DNA of 64,000 bases. It comes from Eledone cirrhosa. Taxonomy: Eukaryota. Positions 1 to 13,146 of the stretch are shown here, piece after piece (the first letter of the stretch is position 1; each line of letters begins with the position of its first letter). The notes below the pieces were generated by a model that did not search any database, was not told the DNA's origin, and saw only the letters and a list, made by a program, of their open reading frames with translations. The DNA lies in the NCBI GenBank assembly GCA_964016885.1, contig OZ024743.1, positions 52,080,001 to 52,144,000 on the forward strand, read 5' to 3'. Made by a program: the position numbers and the translations under genes.

Positions 1-385
1 CCACCTCATCATTCTCATTTCTGTTCTTTCCAGCCTTCTTTGCTACTTCAGGTTCATCATCCATGTCTCATTCCTATAAATCATGCTACTTCACACAAAT
101 GTAGCATACACTTTTCTATTCAGTTTCAGTGACACTCTCCACCTCAGTAGCACATCACTCAATTCCCAGAACCACTTCCATGCATCTCACACTAAATACT
201 GTTGCAATACTGTAGATCCATGATCTCCATTCAACATATCTCCTAACTAACAAAACGTTTTCACAGGCATCTTCACACCATTTCCAAGATTTAGCTCAAC
301 ATCCTATCCATCCATCCACCCTTCCCATACTGACTAAGCAGTAAAAAGGAAAAAAAAATCCTGAAGGTGAAAATGAATCGTTTAC

Positions 386-592
386 CTTGCTGGCTACAAG
401 GAAGAGGTCAACACTGCAAGTAGAGTCCATACTGAGGATTAATGTAACAAGTCCTCGCACCACAGGAAGGCATCTCTCTCGAGGCAATATTAAACTGGAG
501 TCAGTATCTACATCAGAGCCATCCTTTACAATACTCAGGCAGCTGTCATCCTTCACCATTTTACGGAAATGTTCACCATCAGTCTTGCGGAT
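386..592 (-). CDS. BIRC6: BIRC6 exon IRKTDGEHF...LPRERCLPVVRGL...MDSTCSVDLFLVASK
   Basis: ttccag / GTAAAC; conserved MD.TC..DL.L motif. Confidence 0.88.
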
Positions 593-753
593 CTGGAAGA
601 CAATATTGACATAGGCATACAGTGTGGTACTGTGACATTTACCACTACATCATCGGTATTATAAATGCTATACATTAGAAAATTCAGTCTTTTGTAATGT
701 AAAAAAAAAGAAGGAATGACATTTTAAACATGTGAACCCAGGTGAAAACTTAC

Positions 754-1025
754 CTTGGATGCATATTGAGATATTTTTTTAAACTGTTGCTCATGTTGCT
801 TAAAGAGAGCTTGAGCTTCAGAGCTCAGTCCCTGAGAGCATTTCTCAGCCTGTGATGCTAGAAACTTCTTCTTTGCTTCCAAATCATGAAATTTTTGTTT
901 GTGCTGGAAGATTTTCTTTTGCAAGCATCTGCGATACGACTTCATCGACTGCTTTCCTTTGCTTTTGTTTGGCTGACCAGACATGTCACCTTGCAGGAAA
1001 CTCCAACGATTTGGTAGGTAAGTAC
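754..1025 (-). CDS. BIRC6: BIRC6 exon TYLPNRWSFLQ...QKKIFQHKQK...YASK
   Basis: tggcag / GTAAGT. Confidence 0.9.
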
Positions 1026-1874
1026 CTGCCAGGGATAAACATGTAGTGATAGAGAAATGTGAGTGAGGGTAAGGAAGATGTTATTTTAACAACTTTCCAG
1101 TCATTCTACCAAAGCCAGCCTACAGTAAACACATGTTACTTTCTTTTTTACTTAAAAGCCTACACATTAGCAAAACATTCTGGCAAAGTACAATGCAGCA
1201 CTATGGCTTCATGTTAAATATTGAAGTCTTTAGTTTAGCTGACTGCAAATTTTAACAAAGATCTGTCCACTATAACAATACTATAAACATTTGAATTAAT
1301 CTGTTTTTAAATATTTTCTGTGCTAAATCATCACAGGTTATTAATGAGTTAAACAAATATATATATTTATATATTTTAATCAAGTTGTCAATTGGATGAA
1401 AATTAAAATGCTAAAAATTAAATCCTAAAAGACTAGACCACTTTAAAAAATTTTTCTTCTTTAATCAAAAAGGTGGCGAATTGTCAGGGGCCAGATTAAA
1501 TGCCTCGATATATATTCCAGCTTGTTGCACTCAGATCAAATTGCACACAAATCAACTTCACCTTTCATCCTTTTAAGATCAATAAATAAAGTACCAATTC
1601 CATACTGGGGTAAATTCTTCTTCTACCTCCCTTTATCACTCTCTCTCTCTCTCTCTGTCCTACCTTGGAAGAAATTAGTTATGTTCAGACGTAGAGAGGG
1701 ATGGGCTCCAGGTTAAATATGGCCAGGACATGCTGTGTGTCAGGATGGAACCCAGATGACTCAATCAGGAGTTAAGAGCTATTTCCTTGCTTTCCCTTAG
1801 TTAAGGAGGAAAGGGTAGTGCTTATGATCTTTTGCATGCTATTGCAGTTACCTGAGTGCACCAAGACTACCTAC

Positions 1875-1997
1875 CATTGTCTTTATCCTTGCGAGAGTTC
1901 TTGTCATCATCTCCGTTGCCCCCGTTCTGCATAGTGTTATCAAGGTTACGGCAGAGAAACAACAGGATCCACCCTACAAGGGTTAAATCTACACTGC
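1875..1997 (-). CDS. BIRC6: BIRC6 exon SVDLTLVGWILLFLCRNLD...KDKDN
   Basis: tttcag / GTAGGT; translated by hand. Confidence 0.88.
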
Positions 1998-2170
1998 CTG
2001 AAATAACAATAATAATTTTGGTGATTAAATACTAAGACTGGTGGTGGTGGTGGTGATGATGATGATGATTGTAGTGGTAGGGCAACGGTGATGGTGAAAG
2101 TAATGAGATATGGGATACTGATAAGGAACATTTAGACAGAAAACATGAAAAATGAGGTGAAGAAACCAAC

Positions 2171-2316
2171 CTGTAGGCATTCTGGTGACGCCCATAGGAT
2201 TTGGCATCAATGGTGCCACAGCATGGACCAACATTCCCAGAAGACTCTCCAATATGTTCACAGCCATCGGACCCATTAAGGATTTCTGACCAAGTGCTGT
2301 TAACAGAACAAATACC
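2171..2316 (-). CDS. BIRC6: BIRC6 exon VFVLLTALGQKSL...RMPT
   Basis: ttgcag / GTTGGT. Confidence 0.9.
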
Positions 2317-3108
2317 CTGCAAATATGAAATTAAAAAAATAATGATTATTTCTCAAACATTGGCGGCACAAATAAAATTTATTTGTGTGCAATAAAATTT
2401 ATTTGTGTATAGCTGTGTGATTAAGAAGTTCACTTTGTAAGCACTTGGTTTCAGGTTCAGTCCCACAGTGTGATAACTTGAGCATGTGTCTTTTGCTATA
2501 GCCTTGAACTGGTCAATGCTTTGTTTCTACAGATAAACACTGAGGGAATCAAACAAACCAGTGATTTTCAAAGTAGGTGCTATCTCCCTCACCTCTCTTG
2601 ATTGCTGTGTCATTAAAGAGGGGCAGTGGAAAGCTAGGAGTGGTGGGAGAGGAAAGGGGCAGAAAATACAAATTAGTAGTTGTTAGTAAAAACTGTCACC
2701 TTTTGTTATTTAAATGCTCAAGATAAAATTATAAAAGTGTAATTTTCAACATACAATTTATGACAAATTTACAATGGAAGGAGGGGAGGAGATCCACTGG
2801 TGAAATATATTCTCTAAAATGCCTCTAGTAGTTCATAAATAGTTTGTGAAACTCTGGTTTAGATTCATTGGCCAGCCACTCCAATTAAGTCATCCTTATT
2901 GAAAAGAAGAAAGATGAGCATTAGCCATGCAGGCTCCATGACAAGCTTTGTATTCATTTCAAGGAAGTGTTTTTCACCTGGATGTACTTCCTGGTGCCAA
3001 CCCTTTTAGACACCTCTTATGACACACAGGGATATGGTCTAGCTATTCTAAATTATATACACACAGAAAACTCAGAGGAAGAAAGAAGAATATTTACTGA
3101 ATACATAC

Positions 3109-3445
3109 CGATCCTGTGGAAAGACCTGCTTATATTCAGAATGAAAGAATCTCTGTAGAATGTTGCCCAAGAACTTTCCCCACCATGGTTGGGTACCACA
3201 TACACGGACTAACAACATCCCAGTCAAGATCTGGATACGTTTTGTACCAGAGATACACATGTGTCGGAAGAGAGCTTCACAGGTTGGTGGGCTGAGACTG
3301 GTGAGAAGGGAAACAGACAGTTGTGGGGTAGCAGAAGTGCCGTTGGTGGTGCTAATCAGGGTCTCTAATAAACACTCAAGCAGGAAACGAAGTTTATCAG
3401 TTGAAGCTTTCTTCAGTTGTTCAGTCAGGTCTGTACATTCAGGAT
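3109..3445 (-). CDS. BIRC6: BIRC6 exon DPECTDL...VCGTQPWWG...VFPQD
   Basis: ttatag / GTATGT. Confidence 0.93.
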
Positions 3446-4584
3446 CTATAAGTAAGAGCAAACCCCAAAAATTGTAAAACCAGTTTGACAAATGAAAAGG
3501 ATGGTGATAGGAAAGACATCTAGCAATAGAAAACCTGCAGATCAAAGTTCGGGAGAACTTTTCAGTTAATCTCCCTAGTGTTGGTGATAGAAAGGGCATT
3601 TAGCCATAGAAAATCTGCCAAACAAAGAGTTGGGAGGACTATTCAGCTGTATGAAAGATATGACAATCTCTCTAGCGCTGATGTCATGATAAAATGCACT
3701 CAGTGTGTGGGATCGTTTTATAAGCAAGTCGTGTCTGCTGGCTTAACTGAGCACTTGGAAAGGGTTCAGTACATTTGCTTTGAGTACCAACATGGCCTGC
3801 CGATGACTCCTTCAATCCTTGCTGGCAGGCAAAGTGGACATTAAATGATGATATTTATAGAATATAGAACAATCTTCCGCCTGGCTGAAATATGACAACC
3901 TCTCGTATTTTTGGCACATAAAAAAGCATTTTGTACACTCTGTAAATTGCTTGGTGCTAGGAAGGACATTCAGCCATAAAGAAACATATAAATAAGATGT
4001 GGCTAACTGACCATCTTTTGTCTTAGACAGTGACAACTTGTCCAACCAATGCCCGCATGGAAAACATAAAAATGGTGCTTAGACAGGGAGAGAAGAGCAG
4101 TGACCATGACCCATTTCAAGGCCTCTGAGATTAAAGAAACAAAGGAAGGAATCTTCAAACTAGAGACTTGGCCAGAATACTTGCAACAATGTGGACTCTG
4201 CTAAAAACACTCAAGAAATAGGTGATGGTGTTGTTGAACTAGGTGATGGATTAAGTCTACCATTCAAGTAAGCCATAATGGGATTTGAAGTAAATGGAAT
4301 CAATTCAAACAACTTTGATCCATTACACAAGTTGATGTCACCCTTTCATTATCATATTTTTAATGAAAGACACTGCCTACAATTTTCAAATAATCAAGAA
4401 TTTGTAGAGATTTAGTAAGATAATTTCCTCTTTATTAAGCTGTAGATCATAAAGGTCCTCACATAACATGTTGAAAGGTTTTTAGGTAAATAAAAAAACA
4501 ATAAACAGGGATGATTTCAGGTATTTTGCTATCAAAAGAGTTAAATACCTAGATGAAAGGAATAAACTAGAAGCTAATAATTAC

Positions 4585-5080
4585 CTTTTTTAATAAGAGA
4601 AAGGCCAAGACCTCGCTGGAGTCGGTCCATAGCATGATGACAAAGGTTCAACTGAAGTTGTAATTGTAAGCAATCATTGTAGATACATGTGATTTTATCA
4701 TCAACATTCTTTTTGGGATTCTTCTGCAGATAGCATTGGACATGGTCACTGGCTGACTGTGAGGCTAACAGGGAGGTTAGTAATGTGTCCAGCTGAGTTT
4801 TTGTCAAGCTGTAACGACACTGGATGTCCTCAAGCAACGACAGAAATAAGCCGAGCTGTGAAAGTATCAGTTGCTGTTGTTGATGATGTTCTTGTCCTGA
4901 AGAGGGGTTAGTTGTGGCCGATGTTGATGATGGGGCCTGTTGGTTGCTGCCAGATATTCCTGCATGGTGCTCTAGGTAGCTGTTCCACTCCCATGGAAAA
5001 ATGAAACTGTGTCCATAGAAAGATCCAACAGGGATCTTGGATCTTGTGGCACTGCCTCCATATCTGCCAATGGTTGTTAT
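4585..5080 (-). CDS. BIRC6: BIRC6 exon ITTIGRYGGSATRSKIPVGSFYGH...LQLQLNL
   Basis: cgtcag / GTAATT. Confidence 0.94.
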
Positions 5081-5378
5081 CTGACGAGAAAAATAAAGAA
5101 ATTTATTGAGGTGATTCCTGATAACTCTTCAATATGAAATATGTATATTAATTTCAAATAACGAAGAATTTCAAGGGATTTAGTAATATAACTAAGTTTT
5201 TCCTTAGTTGATGTTTGGAATGTAACTTAAAATCTTAGATAAAATTATGATAGAAGCTTTTCAGATAAATACAAACATCTTAAAATAAACATTATTCTAT
5301 CATAGAAACAAGAGCCGTTTCAAGTACTTTGGTATTAAAAGAGTTAATGTAATGAATTCAGATAAGAGTGACAATTAC

Positions 5379-5593
5379 CTTGAGGTAGCGACATATTGGA
5401 GGTGGCATTATGTTGTTCATAATCAGTGACCTGATGCCAATATCAGAGGCTATCACTAACCTCTGACCATCGGTTTCTTCACTCTGTACCCAAACATCTA
5501 TGGATAATGATGCTAGATCAGCACATGCTGGAATTATCACATCAGTCAGCAGAACAGGTTTACCAAGATCCAATATCACAAAGCGTCGTGCAC
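5379..5593 (-). CDS. BIRC6: BIRC6 exon GARRFVILDLGKPVLLTDV...PPPICRYLK
   Basis: taccag / GTAATT. Confidence 0.95.
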
Positions 5594-5725
5594 CTGGTAG
5601 AAGTGACATAGTTTTTAAAGATTATACATAGATATTGAGACAGAGAGAGGCACATACAGACATGAACATACAGAGAGCAACAAATGAAAGACAAATTGGA
5701 TAAAACAACAAAATGAAAAGCTTAC

Positions 5726-5831
5726 CTGAATGCATCCTTTCTACAACTAGGACTTGAGGAGAGGGAGGCTGCAATAGATGAGGCAGCACCATCTGCACAC
5801 GCTGTTTATTGTCAGACTTTTCACTTTGACC
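5726..5831 (-). CDS. BIRC6: BIRC6 exon GQSEK...LLQPPSPQVLVVERMHS
   Basis: tttcag / GTAAGC. Confidence 0.94.
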
Positions 5832-6063
5832 CTGAAAATTCATCAAACACACTACATTAGAAACCAATCAACTAATTAATGTTTTAAGGCCAATTTTCTT
5901 ACTAAAACAAGGCTTAGCTTTGTGGGCCACATGGCATAGGTCTTTTTAGGGACAATATTTTACAGCCAAATGCCCTTCAAAGCAGTGCCCCAGCATGGCC
6001 ACAGTCCAATGACAAATCAGCAAAAGAAAGTAAAAAGAAAGTATGTTATAAATGATTACTCAC

Positions 6064-6817
6064 TTTCTCTGTGAGGAGGGAAGGTACTTTAACATAAAGT
6101 GGTCCATTGTCACTTGATACACCAGAGGATATATATGGGGTAGTTGTAGCTGGCCAATTCTCATTGGGTGGAGACAGAGGTGGGGTCATGAACAGAGGTG
6201 TTGTCTTGGGGTTTGAGGTCTGCTGTTTGTAAGCCTGGTCACTGGAGTTGTTAGCAACAGGTTTCACTGTTTTCAGCACTGTGCTGAGTAACTGTTTAAT
6301 TGATTCTACATCTTTTTTGGACTGTTGCACCTTGGTGGCCAACTGTTGTACCTGTTGTTCAGCCATTGCAAGAGAAGACGGCAGTGATGCCATTGTTGCT
6401 CCTGTTGTAGCTACGTTTGACAAACTCTCACCAAAGTTCACTGTACCAGATAAGCCAGATGAACCAACAATTGGTATACTACTGGAGCCAGAGGGACCCG
6501 AGTCGAGTCTTTCCATTTTGGTAGAGTCACTTGTAGCATGGCATGTGAAGTGCAGGGGTTCAACTTCCAGGAGGCCGAGGATGTTGTGTCGAAGGTATTC
6601 CGATGGGAACTTTTCACATTGTTTGTCAGATAATTGGTTGAAAAGGTCGTAGTAGTCCATCTCATCTTGCTGCGGAGGAGGTTGAAAGCTCTGTGCTGTA
6701 GAAGTATTAGCAGCAGCTGCACTGGCATACGTGTAGGGTGGTGTTGACTGTCGTAAACTGTTAGCAGGATAGATGTCAAATAGATCTGGATCAAATGGAT
6801 GTCCCTGAAGCCCATAC
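6064..6817 (-). CDS. BIRC6: BIRC6 exon YGLQGHPFDPDLFD...GLLEVEPLHFTC...LFMTPPLSPPNE
   Basis: ttgtag / GTGAGT; conserved motifs. Confidence 0.94.
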
Positions 6818-7169
6818 CTACAACAAGGAAGTACAGTTTTACAATTTCAACTCCTAACGTCCTGTGCCACAATGAAACAACATTAGCAAAACATTCTTGA
6901 AAAGTACAAAACATCACTATAACTGCATCATATTCAAAATTAAGGTCTTTACTCTAATACGGCAAATTTCCACTATGATTTGTCTGCTAGTAAATATACT
7001 ATAAACACTTGAATTATCAAAGCAATTTTCAAATATTTTCTTCTAAATCATTACAGGATTATAATAATTGTTACTACAACAATTATTTCAACTAAACTAA
7101 GATAATTTTATTGTCTAAGGCAGTGTTTATGGCGTCAAATTTAAAATGCTTTGATATTTGTTCAGGCTC

Positions 7170-7260
7170 ACTGTGCTCTGCGTTCAAATCCCACCAAGGT
7201 CAACTTTACCTTTCATCCTTTCGAGGTCTATAAATAAAGTACCAGTTCAGTACTGGGTAG
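7170..7260 (+). mobile_element. SINE family with GTCAACTTTGCCTTTCATCCTTTC..GGTCGATAAA..AAGTACCAGT core (copies near 1530, 8600; minus strand near 19270, 20900, 25150, 29350, 63900)
   Basis: Recurrent dispersed motif preceded by a B-box-like GTTCAAAT. Confidence 0.65.
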
Positions 7261-7516
7261 TTGAATTTGCCTCTTTTTCTCTCTCTGGAAAAATTAACTG
7301 TGTTCCAACCTAGAGAGAGATGGGCTCTGCCAAGTTTAAAATGCCCAAGATATGTCATGTATGAGACCTATACCGCCATCAAGAGTTAAGGGCTCTTTAC
7401 CTTTTTTGAGGTGTTCAACCCATCCCTAGATAACTGGTCATACTACAACATGTAGAATTCATGAACATGTGAAAGTTAATTAACACTAAAAAGAAATAAA
7501 ATAAAGAGGTACATAC

Positions 7517-7771
7517 CGAGCTTTTAGCAGGGAATGCAAAGGTATGTCTCTGTTGTAATAACACTTGGCTACTTTGGTAAGCATACTGACACATTTCTCA
7601 GCCACAAGTGAATCATTCATTTGCTTCACTATGTTAAGTAGAGTGAAGAACCAGCGCAGGGCCCCAGCTGAGTAGCCTGATGGTAAGAGAGGAAGGCACT
7701 CAAGTAAAGCCTGCAATAAACTGAAGCTGAATGATGGAGACACATCAGGATCAGGACTGCTTTTGCACAAT
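7517..7771 (-). CDS. BIRC6: BIRC6 exon LCKSSPD...SAGALRWFFTLL...LHSLLKA
   Basis: tttcag / GTATGT. Confidence 0.93.
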
Positions 7772-8827
7772 CTGAAATGATAAAAATAAAAAAAAAATAT
7801 CTACTGAAAACTATGGAGTATTTAGTATACTTAAACTTATTTTATCATTTTACACAAGTGATTCAGGCCATTTTCTCTAGTAAAGCAAGTGTAAGCCTTG
7901 CAAGCCCCTATGAGAAACTTCTTTAAGTTAATTGTCTGGGAAGAACAGTGAAGGAACATGGCTTGGTTGTTAGGGTGTTCAACTCATAACCGTAGTATGG
8001 TTGTGTAGTCAATCCCTAGTGTATTGTGTCCTTTGAGCAAGACTTTATATTTCATCTTGCTCCACTCTGCTTGTCACTGTGTCATGCTAAATCTTCCTGA
8101 GAATTATCTTAAGGTACACATCTGTGGAAAACTCAGCCACTTACACATTAATTTCATCAACAGTGGGTTCCATTGTTCAAACAAGTGGGACACTCATCAT
8201 TAGAACTGACGGAGGTCCCACACATTAACAGGTGAAGGTGTGCAGTTTAGTGGTGAAGGAGTCAGTCTAACAATTATCGTTAAGTTTAGAGGACTCCCTT
8301 GTGTCCTTGAGCAAGGCATTTCTTTTCATGTTGCTTCAGTCAATTCATCTGAAAATGACTACCAGCAGCTGTGGGGTTACCCTTGCAATAGTGTCTAGTC
8401 TTGCACTCTCAGTCATCTAACACCACATAAAAAGGGTCTAAGTTCTGGCTGATCTCCTTTTAACATCAGGCTAGCTGAATTTGATAGTGTTCAAATTTAA
8501 ATTCAAACAATGGACTGAAATCTTATTACATGGCAGATAAGGGCAGTGTCGATAGAGCATCAGACACCATGCTTTGCAGCATCGAGTTACAGCCCTTTAC
8601 ATGCTGAGTTTAAATCCTATTGGGGTTAGCTTGCCTTTCATCCTCACGGGGTCAATCAAATAAAGCATCAGTAATGTACTGGAGTCGATTTCAGTAGTTA
8701 AATATTTGCCTTTTCTTGAGTTAAAATTTATTGATTACTTTGATAATTAAAACAAAATGGCAGTATATCCTTGTTAGAAATATGGCCACTGAAGAGTTAA
8801 TAGAATCAACAACAGATTAATACTTAC

Positions 8828-8953
8828 TCCATACAGAGGACTAGTAAGCGAGAAGCTTTGTGAGCAGTTGTTCTTGTACCTTGGATAAAACAAGCTTTCA
8901 CTAAACTCAATAATTCTTTCATAACAGTAACAAGCACTGTACAGTCTGGAATC
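8828..8953 (-). CDS. BIRC6: BIRC6 exon IPDCTV...CFIQGTRTTAHKASRLLVLCM
   Basis: taccag / GTAAGT; translated by hand; R..AHK motif. Confidence 0.92.
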
Positions 8954-9059
8954 CTGGTAAGAACAAAAAAAAAAAATAAAATAAAATCAGTACCATCAAC
9001 TATTTTGATAACAAATCACCTGCGATTCCACAAGAAGAAACTTTATTTTAAATCATTTA

Positions 9060-9667
9060 TCTATATATCTAAAACAGAGAATGTCTGCCTGACTCCCTAA
9101 AACTTGAGAACCACCCAACTGATTGTTTTCAAACTTTACACATGTAATACTTATGGTCCTGTGAGTGTTTTGATAAAAAATATTTCAAATTTTCAATAAC
9201 CTAGGGACCGCATTAGGCGATTTAGCGATCTCTCTCTATAATTCTTAGTCTTTCTTTTTAGATAGATACATAGATATAACGTTGCGCCCTTATAATATCT
9301 GTCTGTATGTCTGCATTACAACATTATGATGCTGTGTGTGTATATATATGTATATATAGTGTGTGTGTGTATATATATATATAGTGTGTAACGTTTTTCG
9401 AAATATTTACTTCTGCGTTCACAGATTGATTTTTTTTAGTTTCAAAAGATCCCGTTAAGGGTGAAAGCAGCCATTCTTTGCTTAAAATTTAATCTGTTAT
9501 TTTAATATATATATATAATTATATATTCGTGTACAGATATTTTTGCATACACAATAACAAAATATAAACAAACGTATTTATTTTGTGAGGCTCGATAAGG
9601 ATAAATATATATCAAATATATAAGAACCCTAGAGTAAATCCCGAGCAATGCTGGGCCATTCTGCTAG
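9060..9667 (+). mobile_element. Non-autonomous Helitron
   Basis: Starts A|TCTATATATCTAAAAC and ends with hairpin CCCGAGCAATGCTGGG then CTAG|T; same termini as 39610-40530. Confidence 0.8.
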
Positions 9668-11044
9668 TATTTATCTAAAATACTCAAACTATAATTTTTT
9701 GTATAGAACCAAACATCAACTTAATGAGAAAGTTACATTTCTAAGTCATTCATGATTATTTAAAAATTATTTGGGAATCACAGGTAATGTCTTTTAATAG
9801 AAATATAATAATGAAAAGGTTAACATCCATGATTCCATGCTGACAGAGTTTGAAGGGGTCTGCAAATATAGATTTTCTTCCTGATTTTGATAGCAAGGTT
9901 CAATATTCTCAGATATGACACATAATAGTCTATCAAATACAAATTAGTCTACCTCTACTTATTTTTTAACTGTTTAGTTTATTCAACCTGCTAGAAATAG
10001 CTGCCAAATCTCCCTTAAAAGAGAGCACTATGGAATAATGTAGTCCTGGATACATGATGGTATAATCATCCTGTAAATAGTCACAGTGGGGAAAATTTGA
10101 GATCATAGGTCTAACCATGGGATAATCCAAAATATGGATACTGACACAGACAAATCCTAACAGAAATGTATACCATTTTTTTTTTTATTGTTAAGTCAGG
10201 CAAGGAGGGGCCTCAGAGACTGGTCAAAGTGGAGGCTTGCATCAGAAAGGACTCCACTAAAGACAGTGAAGGGCCAGGTGATGTTGGGATTAAGGCTACC
10301 ATCTATACAGTGGGAGTTGAATTCACGGGACAGAGAGCAAGGTATTTTGTCTGATGCTCTAGCAATTCCACCAATGCACTGCTGTTGACATTTATCAATG
10401 AAAAAGGGTGAACAGTAAAGTTGACTTAGAGCACAAAGAGCCAAAACAAATATTGTAAGGCATTTTGTCCTACGTGAAGCTGTACCACCAATTATGGGTG
10501 TTGGGTTTACAATCACATCTCCAGCTGGGTGGTACATTGTGTTCTTGAGTAAGACATTTTACATTTTTCCACTCCATAAATCTGGGAAAAGTATGAAATG
10601 GGTACAAAGAGCAGCTAGGGAGTTAACATTGATGGCAGGCTAGCATCCTCTCCAGGAGTGGAGCCTTGTCCTCTCAGCTGTATAACATTGCATGAAACTA
10701 GGATAATCTCCAACTTAGCCACAGAGTTTACGAGACATTTTTCCTACACTCTAACAACTCTGCTAATTCACAACCTTGAAAGTCTTGTCAGACACAACAT
10801 GAATGATGAGGGAGTTCCAGATGGACAATGTTCTAAGTAGAATAAACTGGGCATAATGGTTAGTGTGGGGCCTGAGAGTGGCAATGGTGGACACAGCATG
10901 GGTGACGAGAAAAGAGAGGAGTGTGTTGCGAGTGCTTAAGTGGAGGCGGCATTTAACAAGCTCAGAGAAGACCATATATGTAGGCCAAAGGCTGGAAAGG
11001 AACAGAGAGGTAATGTAAACTGATTAGCTGATGCGTGTACTTAC

Positions 11045-11215
11045 TTTCGACTGGGGTCATTCATCTGTACAGCTGTGACCCAACACAAGATATCAAGGGC
11101 AAGGTTCTCATGATGATCTTCACTGGTGTGGATGTGGTTCTGGTTTGGTTTGGTCACTGCACAGAGGAGGTTTTCATGGAAGTCTGCTGACTCAATCATC
11201 ATATTCCGGTGCCAC
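11045..11215 (-). CDS. BIRC6: BIRC6 exon WHRNMMIES...LALDILCWV
   Basis: taacag / GTAAGT. Confidence 0.9.
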
Positions 11216-11969
11216 CTGTTACACAAGAAATCAAGGTGAATCATGGTGCATTCTACTATTACTGGTTTAAGTAAATACAGCGAGAGAGAAAGGAACAGAG
11301 AGGGAGAGAGCTGTGGAATGTATTGTTTATACGAGACATAAACAAACGTTATCATTCGATTTAAATGGTGTCGATATGAAAACATAGCGACTGATGCACA
11401 CACACACACACGTACAGTAGGCTTCCTCAAAGTTTCGGTCTACTAAATTCACTCACAAGTCACATATCAGCCTAAGTGTCAAGCAATGGAATAAAACTCG
11501 ATACCACATAGTTGCAAAGCAAACTTCTTAACCAGTCAGTCATGCTTGCACCAATATAACAAGAAGCATTTTAAGGCCATTCTTCTTGTTAATGCAGAGG
11601 TTAGCCTTGTAATCCTGATGACGGGATTCATATTGATTACAGGGTCTTTTCTGAGGAAATATTTTATAGTTGAGTGCTTTTCCTGGTTCCAACTGTTTTA
11701 GTCATTTCTTATGATAAACAGGGAGACAATTTGTCTATTCTAAACCAGATATACAGGGATGAACTGTACCTGGTCTAAACCAAATACATACCAGGATACA
11801 GAGCATTTATTTTAAACCAGATACACAGTGATAAAGTGTAACTATTGTAAACCAAATACTCACAAAGAGAGAGTACATATTCTGATCAAAATACACAAAG
11901 ATACAGTGTACCTGTTCTAAACCAGATACATAAATAGCAAAAGACAAAAATGTGATGGGTTTGTCTCAC

Positions 11970-12205
11970 CTTTCTTTAGGAACCCGAGTTTTTTTAGTTT
12001 TGCGTACAGTGATAGATAGCTCCTGGATCCAATCACAGCCTTGAATATTCTCCAATTTCATCTTTGGAGTGGCAGACACTCTCTCAGTAGTATTCAGTCC
12101 CGGATATGGAATGTTATCAAATAAAGATTTGATGGACTTCACTTTCTGTTTATCAAACATTGTAGTATTGTTCAGAGTAGTGGATTTCTTTTTATTGTCA
12201 GATGC
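11970..12205 (-). CDS. BIRC6: BIRC6 exon ASDNKK...GCDWIQELSITVRKTKKTRVPKE
   Basis: tgttag / GTGAGA; GCD..QE.S.T.R motif. Confidence 0.92.
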
Positions 12206-13107
12206 CTAACAATAAGACAAATACATTATAACTACAGTTTAGTGCCTTTACAAAACAAAAACATATTTTAACATGACTACAGTTCAGTGTCACTCAATCT
12301 ATGTTTCATCATAACTTTTTTAACCCTTTCAATACCAACTCACAGAAACCACTAACTGGTTATATGATACAAAATCATTTGTCTTAAAAGTGTTTATATT
12401 TATCTAAAAACTTCCATAATAATTTTTTTTAAGAACTTTTGATATGTCCAAACACCAGCTAAATAATGAGAGAATTAGTTATATTATGAAATCCCTCCAA
12501 ATTCTTTATTTTCATAATCATTTGAAATCATGTAATATCTTCAATTAGAAATATAGTAAAGAATATGTGTATACTATATCTACTCTTTTATTCAGTATTG
12601 CCACCACCTCTTCCAGTTTTCCTGACATTAGCCCTATATTCCATGTCTCAAACCTCATATACCAGTTTCCACAAGGGACATCAAAAATAGACTGAACTCC
12701 CTACATGTTTCAACTGTGTTCCCAATCCTGAGTTTTAATAAGAAGGGGTAGGGAACATCACAAGGTATTCTTGGTTGTACCCTGCCCATGATATACTTAT
12801 CATAAGATCTTTTTTGAGGCATTGTTTTATGACTGGATAACCTTCTTGGTACCAACACTTTTAGTAGTCTCTTAAGACACAGAGAAATACTTATTCTGAA
12901 CCAGATATACATGGTTTTATATACACCCAATATCAAATCCTGATCAATATTATTATCAACATGAAATTAGAAAGTATGATGAACAATATTTCCGTTTATG
13001 TTTAGCCCATTACAAACACAAATGTAAAGTAACTAGTAAATGAAATCATTAACAAACTGAGCTATACAATAATGCATTTAAAAATTAAATTACACACTAA
13101 AACAGAA

Positions 13108-13146
<39 letters not shown>

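Noticed and set aside
593-753. Possible micro-exon between the last two BIRC6 exons
   Set aside because: Direct joining keeps the frame, and candidate splice sites would leave very short introns; needs cDNA.
11610-11650. CTGATGA with a local hairpin
   Set aside because: No stem II-GAAA arrangement follows, and no box C/D snoRNA architecture is evident.
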